Origin: Planctomycetota bacterium
Lineage (GTDB): Bacteria; Planctomycetota; GCA-002687715; CAIWVZ01
Length of the DNA stretch: 64,000 nucleotides
NCBI GenBank assembly: GCA_044222185.1
Contig: JBGANV010000002.1
Span: forward strand, 288,001-352,000
Direction of reading: 5' to 3'
This document shows positions 1 through 9,346 of this stretch, piece by piece. The notes under the pieces are model-generated. The model did not search any database. It was not told the DNA's origin and saw nothing but the letters and a program-made list of their open reading frames with translations. The position numbers and the translations under genes were made by a program. How positions within the stretch are numbered: the stretch's first letter is position 1; every line of letters starts with the position of its first letter.

Positions 1-326
1 GCGAGACCTCCGGGCTCGCCGGGGAATCACCCGCGAGGTCTCAATCGCGGCAAGGTGGGCCGGACGACGCGCCCGCTCTGGCATCGCACGCGGCGGGTTC
101 CCGGCAGGGCTGGAGCCCTGCCGTCCAGCCGCGTGAAACGCGGCGCTCCGGAACGCCACGATCCGCGTGGCCGGTTGGCGAGACCTCCGGGCTCGCCGGG
201 GAATCACCCACGAGGTCTCAATCGCGGCGAGGTGGGCCGGACGACGCGCCCGCGCTGGCATCGCACGCGGCGGGTTCCCGGCAGGGCCGGAGCCCTGCCG
301 TCCAGCCGCGTGAAACGCGGCGCTCC
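1..326. repeat. Tandem 177-bp REP-like palindromic unit (~1.85 copies, cut by window edge)
   Basis: GCGAGACCTCCGGGCTCGCC... starts at 1 and again at 178. Each unit holds hairpins GGCAGGGC(T/C)GGAGCCCTGCC and GCCGCGTGAAACGCGGC. The same modules recur at 35286-35727. Confidence 0.9.
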
Positions 327-1435
327 TATTTCTGCGGGCGCGTCGCGGGGGGTACGCGCGGCGGCGCGGTGCGGGACAACGCTTGGAGGAATGCAACGAG
401 AGAGTCGACGTCGTCGTCCGTGAGATCGACCGGGCGGAGCAGCGGATCGAGTGCCGGATTCGCCCCGCCGCCGCGGGCATAGAACGTGACGACGTCGCGC
501 AGCGTCGCGAGGCTGCCGTCGTGCATGTACGGCGGCGACAGGGCGACACCGCGAAGCGACGGCGTCTTGAACCGGCCCAGGTCGTCGGCCGACCGGGTGA
601 TCGCGGCGCGGCCGGGCTCGGGCCGGCCGTCGATGACGCCCACGCCAGTGTTGTGGAAGCTCTCGTCGGTGAAGTTCGCGCCCGAGTGGCAACGCCAGCA
701 ACCGCCCTTGCTCTCGTAGATCCACAGCCCGGTCCGTTCAGGGCGCGTGAGCGCTTCCACCTCACCGATGCGGAAGCGATCGATCGGGCTGTCGCCGATC
801 AGCAACGTCCTAACGTGCGTCGCGAGCGCGTGAGCCACGCCAGCCCCATCGGGCGGCCCCCCGAACGCGGTCTCGAACGCCGCCACGTACTCCGGGTTCT
901 CGCCGATTCTCCGGACGACCCCCGCCAGGCTGAATCCCATCTCGTCCTCGGCCGCGATCGGAGCGACGACCTGCTCCTCCAGCGTGCTCGCCCGGCCATC
1001 CCAGAAGTAACGGACACCGAATGCGCGATTGAATAGCGACGGCGCATTGCGATGCGTCGTGCGCCCGTTCACGCCGCGCGAATGCGGGCGCGAATCCGCG
1101 AACCCATGATCGGGCAAGTGACACGATCGACACGCGATGGAGCCGTCCACCGACAGGGCCGGGTCGTCGAAAAGCCTCCGGCCCAATTCGGCCTTCTCGA
1201 GCGACCAGGGATTGGTCGGTGGGAACTCCAATGCCGCCGCAAGTCCGAAAGGCGGGGCGGGTTCGCCCTTGGCTGTCGCGGGGCGCGAATCCTGCGCGGG
1301 CATTCCGCCGCAGATCGACATCACCGTCACATAGACGAGGATCCGCGAATTCGCGGAGCGCGGCGCTGACCGACTGACCGCACGGTGCTCGTCCGTCGAT
1401 GGCGTGGACGCCCGCGCATGGGTGGATACAGGCAT
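326..1435 (-). CDS. Di-heme cytochrome c peroxidase (CcP/MauG family)
   Basis: Two CxxCH motifs (CRSCH, CWRCH), LGRRLFDDPALS, YFWDGRA, FKTPSLR and PPYMHDGS family motifs. The true start may be downstream of 1435. Confidence 0.9.
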   Translation of the reverse strand: MPVSTHARASTPSTDEHRAVSRSAPRSANSRILVYVTVMSICGGMPAQDSRPATAKGEPAPPFGLAAALEFPPTNPWSLEKAELGRRLFDDPALSVDGSIACRSCHLPDHGFADSRPHSRGVNGRTTHRNAPSLFNRAFGVRYFWDGRASTLEEQVVAPIAAEDEMGFSLAGVVRRIGENPEYVAAFETAFGGPPDGAGVAHALATHVRTLLIGDSPIDRFRIGEVEALTRPERTGLWIYESKGGCWRCHSGANFTDESFHNTGVGVIDGRPEPGRAAITRSADDLGRFKTPSLRGVALSPPYMHDGSLATLRDVVTFYARGGGANPALDPLLRPVDLTDDDVDSLVAFLQALSRTAPPRVPPATRPQK

Positions 1436-1537
1436 CGCCGGAGCCTATCACAACGCACTTGCGGCGTGTCCGGCGCATGCGCGCGGGCGTCGCCTGCGGG
1501 CCGCGCTCGAGAGCGCGGCCTGCCAGCCGCCGACGGA

Positions 1538-1834
1538 TCAGACCGACTTGGCGGTCTTGCGGGCGGCCTTCTTCGCCGGAGCCTTCTTCGCTTTGGGTTT
1601 GGCGGCGGGCTTGGCCGCGGCGGGCTTGGCGGGGGCGGCCATCACCGGAGCGGGAGCGGCCTTCGCAGCCTTCGCGGCCTTCTTGGCGCGCGTCTCGACC
1701 TCGGCCTTCGACGTCTTGGCGAGGTCCGCGCGGTGTGAGCGCTCGAACGTCTGGATGTCCTTGAACTGCCCTTCGGCGCTGCGAACGGCGTAGAGCTTCT
1801 TACCGGCTGAGCTGCGGTGGGTCGTGCGCTTCAT
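1538..1834 (-). CDS. Small basic protein with Lys/Ala/Pro-rich histone-like tail
   Basis: MKRTTHRSSAGKKLYAVRSAEGQFKDIQ... followed by AKKAAKAAK/PAAKPKAKKAPAKK repeats. Purine-rich RBS-like GGGGAG upstream. Confidence 0.75.
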   Translation of the reverse strand: MKRTTHRSSAGKKLYAVRSAEGQFKDIQTFERSHRADLAKTSKAEVETRAKKAAKAAKAAPAPVMAAPAKPAAAKPAAKPKAKKAPAKKAARKTAKSV

Positions 1835-2046
1835 CTGCTTGAGTCTCCCCTGGAGTTCTCGATCACGATGGATCGGGAACGATCGCGTCGAACACGTATG
1901 CGCGTCGCAAACCAACGACGCGACGGCGCAGTCTACTTGCTGCGTGCATGCATGTCACCGGTGAAACGGCCGCGTTCATGCGCGGCATCGTCACGAATCA
2001 CGACGGGCACCAGTCGTGCTATGACTCGCGCACGAAAGGAACGCTC

Positions 2047-4758
2047 ATGGTTTCGACGACTCCAGCCCTCCGAATCGCACTCGCCAGCCTCGCGCTCACG
2101 ACGCTCGCGTCCGCCCAGAAACTGCCGTTCGAGAAGTACAAGCTCGACAACGGAATGACGGTGATCCTGCACGTGGATCACTCGCTGCCGAACGTCACGA
2201 TCAACACCTGGTATCGCGTCGGCGCCCGCAACGAACCGCCGGGACGGTCGGGCTTCGCCCACCTGTTCGAACACCTCATGTTCATGGGCACGCGGCGCGT
2301 GCCTGGCAACGCCTTCGACGTCGTGATGGAGACCGGCGGCGGCTGGAACAACGCGAGCACGAATCTCGATCGCACCAACTACTTCTCGTCGGGACCCTCG
2401 GACCTCCTGCCGACGCTGCTGTGGCTCGACGCCGATCGCCTCGATGAGATGGGGCGGACGATGACCAAGGAGAAGCTCGACAAGCAGGTCGACGTCGTCC
2501 GCAACGAGATCAGGGAAAACGTGGAAAACACGCCGTACGGACGGGCCTACGAGGGGTCTTTCAGCCTCCTGTTTCCCCAGGGCCATCCCTACCACAACGG
2601 GGTCTACGGGACGCACGCCGACCTGACCTCGGCCACCGTCCAGGACGTGAAGGACTTCTTCTCGACGTTCTACGTCCCGTCCAATGCGTCGCTGGTGATC
2701 GCCGGCGACTTCGACCCGGCGGAGATCAAGCCGCTGGTGGCGAAGATGTTCGGGACCCTGCCCGCAGGCGCAGCCCCCACGCCGCGTGCGGTCGCCGACC
2801 CCCAAGTCGAGGGCGTCGTCCGCTCGACCATGCTCGACCGGGTGGAAGTCCCACGGCTCGCCATGTCCTGGATCAGCCCGGGCGGATTCGCGCCGGGAGA
2901 CGCCGAGCTCATGCTCGCCGGGCAGGTGCTGACCGAGGGCCAGAACAGCCGGCTCTATCAACGCCTCGTGCTGCAGGAGCCGCTCGCCGTCTCCGTGTCT
3001 GCCGAGCAGGAGAACAGCCGGCTCAATTCCATCTTCCGGCTCTCCGTCGAGGTCAAACCCGACGCCGACATGGAACGGGTCGAGGCGATCGTCGACGAGG
3101 AGATCCGCAAGCTCCAGGAGTCGGGGCCGACCGAAGACGAGCTCCGCCAGCGGCAGGCGACAGCGGAGCACGAACTGCTCACGAGCCTTCAGAGCGTGGC
3201 GGCCCGGGCCGACAAGCTCAACGAATACGAGTTCTACCTGGGCACTCCGGACGGGCTCGAAAAGGACCTTTCGCGTTTCCGCGGCGCGACCGCGCAGGGC
3301 GTCGCCCAATGGACGAAGCGCGTCCTCGACCTGTCGCATCGCCTGATCATCCGCGTGCTGCCCGATGCCGTGGAGCCGGGGACGTCAGCCCGCGAGTCGC
3401 GCCCCGCCGCGGCCAGGCCTCGCCCGTTCGCTCCGCCGGCGCCGGAGACGTTCAAGCTCCAGTCGGGGATCACGGTCAACTTCTGGCCCATGCCCGACCT
3501 GCCCCTGGTGACGGCGCGGATGACGTTCCTGCCCGGTGGGCCGCTGGATTTGCCCAAGGAAGCGGGAGCCGCCGTCCTCATGGCAACCATGCTCACCGAG
3601 GGTGCCGGCGCGCGCGACTCGGGGGCGTTCTCCGCCGCGCTCCAGCAGCTCGGTGCGACGATGTCGGCGCATGCCGATCGCGAGGCCGTGACGGTGGGCC
3701 TGTCGTCTCTCGCCCGCAACTTCGACAAGGCAGCCGAGCTTTGGGCCGATGCGGTCCTGCGACCCCGATTCGCCGAGGACACGTGGAAGGTCGTTCATGC
3801 GAACCACGTCCAGGAGCTCGAGCAGGATCGTGAGGAACCCACGACCGTCGCGCTGAAGGTCGCCACGCGCGCGCTGTACGGCGACGAGAGCCGATGGGCC
3901 TGGCCAACGGCCGGGCTCGTCGCGACCGTCGGGCCGCTGACACTGGATCGCATCAAAGCGCGCCACGCCGAGCTGGTTCACCCGTCACTCGCCACGATCT
4001 TCATCTCAGGAAGCCTCACGACGGATGAGCTGAAGCCGATCCTCGAGAAGGCGTTCGGGGGCTGGACGTCGGCCGCAACGGCCGCCAGTCGTGTGACGGA
4101 CGATCCCAAGGTGCCGCCGACGCAGCGCATGCTTTTCGTCGACCGGCCGAATGCCGTTCAAACGGTCATCCGGTTTGCGTCGCGCGCCGTTCCGTTCGCC
4201 GACCCGGGGCGAGTTCCCATGCGGCTCTTGAACGTGGCTCTGGGCGGATCGTTCACGAGTCGCCTGAACCAGAACCTGCGCGAGCGAAACGGGTACACCT
4301 ACGGCGCTCGTTCGTCCTTCGAATTCAATCGCACGCTCGGTGCGTTCACCGCTGGCGCCGCCGTGCGCGCCGAGGCCACGGGCGCCGCGCTGAAGGAGTT
4401 CCTGGCCGAGTTCGCGAAGATCCGCGCCGGCGATCTGTCGGATGACGAGGTCACGAAGGCTCGCCGCATGATGAAGACGGAGTTCGTCCAAGGGCTGGAT
4501 TCCATGGAGGGCCGCCTCGGGTTCGCGTCCGAGCTGCTGAGAGTCGAGGCACCGTGGGCGACGATCTCGAAGGACGTGGAGACGTCCGAGTCCGTGACCG
4601 CCGCGCAGGTCAACAAGCTCGCGAAGGATGCGCTCGCCCTCGAGCGCGGCGTGCTCGTGCTCGTCGGCGACAAGAAGCTGATCCTCGAACAGACGAAGGA
4701 CCTCGGGCTCCCGGCGCCCGTCGAAGTGGATGCCGATGGTGCGCCCGTGAAGCCGTGA
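2047..4758 (+). CDS. M16 (pitrilysin/insulinase-like) zinc protease, two fused halves, secreted
   Basis: HxxEH motif (AHLFEHLMF), NASTNLDRTNY, C-terminal SRLNQNLRERNGYTYG. N-terminal signal peptide and AAAGGA RBS. Confidence 0.92.
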   Translation: MVSTTPALRIALASLALTTLASAQKLPFEKYKLDNGMTVILHVDHSLPNVTINTWYRVGARNEPPGRSGFAHLFEHLMFMGTRRVPGNAFDVVMETGGGWNNASTNLDRTNYFSSGPSDLLPTLLWLDADRLDEMGRTMTKEKLDKQVDVVRNEIRENVENTPYGRAYEGSFSLLFPQGHPYHNGVYGTHADLTSATVQDVKDFFSTFYVPSNASLVIAGDFDPAEIKPLVAKMFGTLPAGAAPTPRAVADPQVEGVVRSTMLDRVEVPRLAMSWISPGGFAPGDAELMLAGQVLTEGQNSRLYQRLVLQEPLAVSVSAEQENSRLNSIFRLSVEVKPDADMERVEAIVDEEIRKLQESGPTEDELRQRQATAEHELLTSLQSVAARADKLNEYEFYLGTPDGLEKDLSRFRGATAQGVAQWTKRVLDLSHRLIIRVLPDAVEPGTSARESRPAAARPRPFAPPAPETFKLQSGITVNFWPMPDLPLVTARMTFLPGGPLDLPKEAGAAVLMATMLTEGAGARDSGAFSAALQQLGATMSAHADREAVTVGLSSLARNFDKAAELWADAVLRPRFAEDTWKVVHANHVQELEQDREEPTTVALKVATRALYGDESRWAWPTAGLVATVGPLTLDRIKARHAELVHPSLATIFISGSLTTDELKPILEKAFGGWTSAATAASRVTDDPKVPPTQRMLFVDRPNAVQTVIRFASRAVPFADPGRVPMRLLNVALGGSFTSRLNQNLRERNGYTYGARSSFEFNRTLGAFTAGAAVRAEATGAALKEFLAEFAKIRAGDLSDDEVTKARRMMKTEFVQGLDSMEGRLGFASELLRVEAPWATISKDVETSESVTAAQVNKLAKDALALERGVLVLVGDKKLILEQTKDLGLPAPVEVDADGAPVKP

Positions 4759-4957
4759 GTCCGGCGCACACCGCCTCGTGCGGCCACCGGAGCCTCTCGC
4801 CTTCAAGGGCCGGTCGGCCGCCGCGCGACGAGAGGCTCGAGCCGACCTGGAGCGAATTCGAGAGGGGTCGTGATCGGTCGTTGCCGATCCGGCTCGCGGA
4901 GTTCGAAGCGGCGTCGGTGTTCGCGCCGATCCCCACCGACTCTCCGCATCAATAGCG

Positions 4958-5369
4958 GGAACGCCAGGCTTCGCCTGGCCGGACGGCAGGGCTCGGCCCT
5001 GCCACGGAACGTGGATGTACTACGTTCGCTGCGGGGACACGGCAGCAGGCACGCGTCATCCGCCGTGCCGCTCGGCTGACCGCGGGGCGACCCTTCCAAC
5101 GTTCGCGGCGGGGCAGAGCCCCGCCGGTCCGGCCGCGCGGAGCGCGGCGCTCCTGGGCCGACCTTGCGCCGTTGGAACGCCAGGCTTCGCCTGGCCGGAC
5201 GGCAGGGCTCGGCCCTGCCACGGAACGTGGACGTGCTGCGTTCGCTGCGGGGACACGGCAGCAGGCACGCGTCATCGGCCGTGCCGCTCGGCTGACCGCG
5301 GGGCGACCCTCTCGACGTTCGCGGCGGGGCAGAGCCCCGCCGGTCCGGCCGCGCGCAGCGCGGCGCTCC
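4958..5369. repeat. Two tandem ~195-bp REP-doublet units (period 216 bp)
   Basis: GGAACGCCAGGCTTCGCCTGGC starts at 4958 and 5174. Each unit ends in an inverted GGAGC-hairpin (GCCGCGCG(G/C)AGCGCGGCGCTCC) and has internal hairpins. Confidence 0.9.
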
Positions 5370-5547
5370 GGTCTCCGACGGCCCGGCAACGATTTTCTGT
5401 CAGGAACGCGGGCGCGGTGGGAAGGGGGCCCGGAGGCCGATCCCGCGCGCCGCCTCCGGCCTCGCGATTCCCGAAGCCAACCACCGCGGGGGAGACACCA
5501 CCGTGTTCGACCGAAACTCAAACCTGCAACGGCGCGCCGGAAGGGCC

Positions 5548-8500
5548 ATGAGCACCTGGGCTGGGATGCTGCTGCTCACGGCCGCGATTCAGGCCCAGTT
5601 CTCGAACTGCTCGTCCAATTGTCACGTGGTCGGCGGCAACGTCGTCAACGGCGGGGCCGGACCGTTCCTCGCAGGCCACGTCTACCTGGTGAATTCGTCC
5701 CTCGTGGTGCCGGGTGGCCAAACCCTCACCATCCAGGGCGGCGCCGTCGTGAAGTTCGCCGGCGTCTTGGACTTCACCATCGGCGGAACGCTGAACGTGA
5801 CGGGGACCGCTGGGCAACCGGCGATCCTCACGTCCATCGCCGACGACATCGTCGCGGACCACAACGGCAACGGGAACGCAACGTTGCCGGCCCCAGGCGA
5901 TTGGATCGGACTGACCTTCAACGGCGGATCCATAGCGAGCCAGGTCACGGGCCTGAGCGTTCGCAACGCCGGGTGGAATGGGAACCCGGCCATTCGCTTC
6001 AACGCGGCCAGTCCGGCGCTGTCGCAGTGTTCCGTCGTCGCATGTCAGGCGGCGGCCATGAACCTGAGCAGCAACTCCTCACCCACCGTGACGGGCTGCA
6101 CGTTCACCGGCGGATCGCGCGTCGCCGTCAACGTGCCGTGGGCCGCAGTCGCCGGCTTCTCGTCGAACACGGCGAGCGGCCAGTCGGTCTACGACGCCAT
6201 CGAGGTCGACACGACGCTCGCCAGCGGCACGGTGTCGATCCAGAAGTCGAACACGATCAACCAGAGCGGGGCGATCGTGTGCAGTGGCAACGCCACCGTG
6301 GCCGGCAGTGCCACGCTCACGCTCGGCCCTGGCGTCGTCACCAAGATCGCCGTCGTCGCGTCATTCAACGTGTTCGGCACGCTGATCACCAACGGAACCC
6401 TGGCTCAGCCGACGGTGATCACGTCGATCGATGACGACACGTTCGGCGGCGACACGAACCGCAACGCGGGGGCGAGCGCGCCTGCGGCCGGTCAGTTCGT
6501 CCAGCTCTACCTGGGTTCGGCGGCGTCGTCGAGCCAGCTCAATTCGCTGCTGGTCCGCTGCGCCGGCTGGAATGGAAACGCTGCGGTGAAATTCGACCAG
6601 TGCAACGCCACGGCGAGCGGCCTTCGCACGCAGCTCTCGGGCGGCCCCTGTGTCGACCTGAGCAACAACTCGACTCCCACGATGACGGGGTGCGCGTTCG
6701 ACGGGGGCACCGTCGCCTCGACGAACATCCCCTTCGGAGCGCTCGCGGGTTTCACCGGATGCACCGCGTCCGGAAACGCGTCGTACGACGCGCCCATCGT
6801 GACGTCGCCAACCCTCGCGACCGGTCAGTCGGCCGTCGTCTCCTCGACGAACGGGTTCAACGGAAACGGCGTCATCGTGATTCCCACGACGCTCAGCGTC
6901 CAAGCGGGCGCCACGCTCACCTTGAACGCAGGCGTGCGCTTCAAGGTGACCGGCGTCAGCGGGATCTACGTCGCGGGTCGGCTGCTGACCAACGGCGCCA
7001 CCAACAACCCGGTGGTCTTCACCTCGATCGCCGACGACACCTACGGCGGTGACACGAACAAGAATGGGGCGAATTCGGTCGCACAGCCCGGCCAGTGGGT
7101 CGAGCTCAGCATCGGCAACAGCGCCGATCTGAGCGTGATGCAGGGCCTCCTCGTCCGGTGCGCCGGCTGGAACGGCAACCCGTCCGTGCGCTTCGACCAG
7201 TCGACGGCCTCCGCGACCGGGCTGCGCACGCAGTTGTCCGGTGGGCCATGCGTCGACTTGAGCAACAACTCGCGCCCGACGCTCACCAACTGTGCGTTCG
7301 ACGGCGGCACCGTCGCGGCCACCAACGTCCGCTTCGCAGATCTCTCTGCGTTCACCGGCTGCTCGGCGACGGGCAACGCGTCCTACGATGCGCCGCTGAT
7401 CACCACGCCGTCGACGGCTGCGGGCGAATCTTCGACCGTCCTCGCGTCCTACGGGTTCAACAACACCGGCGTCTTCGTGATCCCGACGACGCTGAGCGTC
7501 GTGGCGAACAGTTCGCTGACGCTCGGTCCGGGCGTCCGGTTCAAGGTGACGGGCGTCACGGGGATCTACGTCACCGGAACACTCGTCACGAACGGCACGG
7601 ACGGCGACCCCGTCACCCTGACCTCCATCACCGACGACACGATCGGCGGTGACACGAACAAGGACGGCGCGGCGTCCACGGGGCAACCGGGACAATGGGT
7701 CGAGCTGAACTTCGGCGCCGGATCGAGCGCGTCGATCGTGACCGGGCTTTCCATCCGATGCTCCGGCTGGAACGGCAATCCGTCGATCCGCTGCAGCCAG
7801 GCCAACCCGACGTTCACGAAGGTGCGGACGGCCCTGTCGGCCGGCCCGTGCATCGATCTCAGCAACAACTCGGTGCCTCTCGCCCGTTTCTGCCGCTTCG
7901 ACGGTGGAACCCTCGCCGCCACGAACGTGCCGTTCACTTCGTTCGCCGGGTTCAAGCAATGCACGGCGACGGGCAACTCGCAGGCGAATGCGCCGCGCGT
8001 CACCAATCCGACCGTCGCCAGCGGCTCGACTGCGGTCGTGCGTGCCATCAACACGTTCAACGGCAGCGGGGCGATTCACGTGCCAGGCACGATGACCGTC
8101 GCCGCCGGTGGCACGTTGGACCTGGGACCCGGCGTCGTGATCAAGATCGAGAACGTCGCCTCGGTCAACCTCTACGGCACGGCGCTCTGGCGCGGCACGG
8201 GACACGACCCGGTCGTCTTCACCTCCGTGAACGACGACACGTGGGGCGGCGACTCCAACGTCAACGGGCCCTCCGTCGGAACGAACGGCCAGTGGGTCCA
8301 GCTCTACGTCGACCCGTCGGCGACGGGCGAGCTGAAGCACGTCCGCTTGGCGTGTGGCGGATGGAATGGCAACCCGGCCGTGGTCGCGCGCTCGGCGAAC
8401 GTGACGTTCGATGCGGACCGCGTGGAGCGGTCGGGAGGCAACGGCTTCCAGATCGAGTCGTGCGCCGGATCCACCCTGGACAACATGGTCGCGTGGAACT

Positions 8501-9228
8501 GCGTCGGCACCGGCATCCGCGTCGACGGCGCGAAGACGCTCCGTCACGCGACGGCCGCCAGCTGCGGAACCGGCATCAGCAGCAACGGATCGGGCACCGG
8601 TCCGGGTCTCGCCATCAACTCGATCGCCGCCAACAACTCGACGAACTTCGCCGGCTTCGCCGCCAACGCGGTGACGTACAGCAACGGATTCGGGAGCGGA
8701 ACGGGCAACGTGTCGGGTTCTCCGGCGTTCGTCAACGTCGCCGCGGGCGACCTGAACCTCACGTCGGCATCGCCCTGCGTCGACACGGCGGACGTCGCCA
8801 CGGCCTTCGCACTCGTCTTCGACCACGACGAAGGCTCGCGGCTCTCCGACGGTCGCCTGATCGGCTCGCCGCTGCCGGACATGGGCGCGTACGAGCTCGC
8901 CGCCTATCACCTCGACGTTTCGGGCCATGCCTGGAGCTTCGAGACGATGACGGCCACGGTCGTCGGACCTCCGGGTTCGGCGGCGCTCGCCATCGGCCCC
9001 GGCGGGACGGCGGTTCCGTACGTGCCGTACGGCTTCCTCGTGCTCGGACCGCTGAACACGCTCACGGTGATCGGGATCATCCCGACGAACACGCCGTTCG
9101 TGTACACGCTGCCCGATGAATCGGCGAACGTCGGCACGACGTTCAGCTTCCAGGCCCTCGGCGTCCCGGCGACGAGCGCGACGCTCGGCGCCTTCACGAA
9201 CGTCTACCGCGGCGTTCTGGACGGCTGA
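5548..9228 (+). CDS. Large secreted parallel beta-helix repeat protein (five ~200-aa repeats, choice-of-anchor-Q-like segment, extra C-terminal domain)
   Basis: Signal peptide ending AIQA-Q. Five copies of TSxxDDxx(GG)D(T/S/H)N...GWNGN. DLNLTSASPCVD...PDMGAYE near the C-terminus. Confidence 0.85.
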   Translation: MSTWAGMLLLTAAIQAQFSNCSSNCHVVGGNVVNGGAGPFLAGHVYLVNSSLVVPGGQTLTIQGGAVVKFAGVLDFTIGGTLNVTGTAGQPAILTSIADDIVADHNGNGNATLPAPGDWIGLTFNGGSIASQVTGLSVRNAGWNGNPAIRFNAASPALSQCSVVACQAAAMNLSSNSSPTVTGCTFTGGSRVAVNVPWAAVAGFSSNTASGQSVYDAIEVDTTLASGTVSIQKSNTINQSGAIVCSGNATVAGSATLTLGPGVVTKIAVVASFNVFGTLITNGTLAQPTVITSIDDDTFGGDTNRNAGASAPAAGQFVQLYLGSAASSSQLNSLLVRCAGWNGNAAVKFDQCNATASGLRTQLSGGPCVDLSNNSTPTMTGCAFDGGTVASTNIPFGALAGFTGCTASGNASYDAPIVTSPTLATGQSAVVSSTNGFNGNGVIVIPTTLSVQAGATLTLNAGVRFKVTGVSGIYVAGRLLTNGATNNPVVFTSIADDTYGGDTNKNGANSVAQPGQWVELSIGNSADLSVMQGLLVRCAGWNGNPSVRFDQSTASATGLRTQLSGGPCVDLSNNSRPTLTNCAFDGGTVAATNVRFADLSAFTGCSATGNASYDAPLITTPSTAAGESSTVLASYGFNNTGVFVIPTTLSVVANSSLTLGPGVRFKVTGVTGIYVTGTLVTNGTDGDPVTLTSITDDTIGGDTNKDGAASTGQPGQWVELNFGAGSSASIVTGLSIRCSGWNGNPSIRCSQANPTFTKVRTALSAGPCIDLSNNSVPLARFCRFDGGTLAATNVPFTSFAGFKQCTATGNSQANAPRVTNPTVASGSTAVVRAINTFNGSGAIHVPGTMTVAAGGTLDLGPGVVIKIENVASVNLYGTALWRGTGHDPVVFTSVNDDTWGGDSNVNGPSVGTNGQWVQLYVDPSATGELKHVRLACGGWNGNPAVVARSANVTFDADRVERSGGNGFQIESCAGSTLDNMVAWNCVGTGIRVDGAKTLRHATAASCGTGISSNGSGTGPGLAINSIAANNSTNFAGFAANAVTYSNGFGSGTGNVSGSPAFVNVAAGDLNLTSASPCVDTADVATAFALVFDHDEGSRLSDGRLIGSPLPDMGAYELAAYHLDVSGHAWSFETMTATVVGPPGSAALAIGPGGTAVPYVPYGFLVLGPLNTLTVIGIIPTNTPFVYTLPDESANVGTTFSFQALGVPATSATLGAFTNVYRGVLDG

Positions 9229-9346
9229 TCCCACCAGGCCACGTCCCTTCGCGACTCGCTCGACGACTCCTGCTCGTGGACGCCTGGAACGGCGCGCCGA
9301 CGTGCGGGTTTCGCCGAGCGGGTTCGCGACGGGTACTCTGTGTCGG

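Noticed and set aside
55-423. ORFs spanning the repeat clusters (55-423, 4949-5551, 12669-13004, 35275-35698, and the 5' extension of 35431)
   Set aside because: They are translations of GC-rich palindromic repeats with no protein-like features.
326-1435. Peroxidase as the MauG partner of the MauE-like gene (methylamine dehydrogenase system)
   Set aside because: The genes are 50 kb apart, no MADH subunits are present, and CcP/MauG-family proteins are common stand-alone genes.
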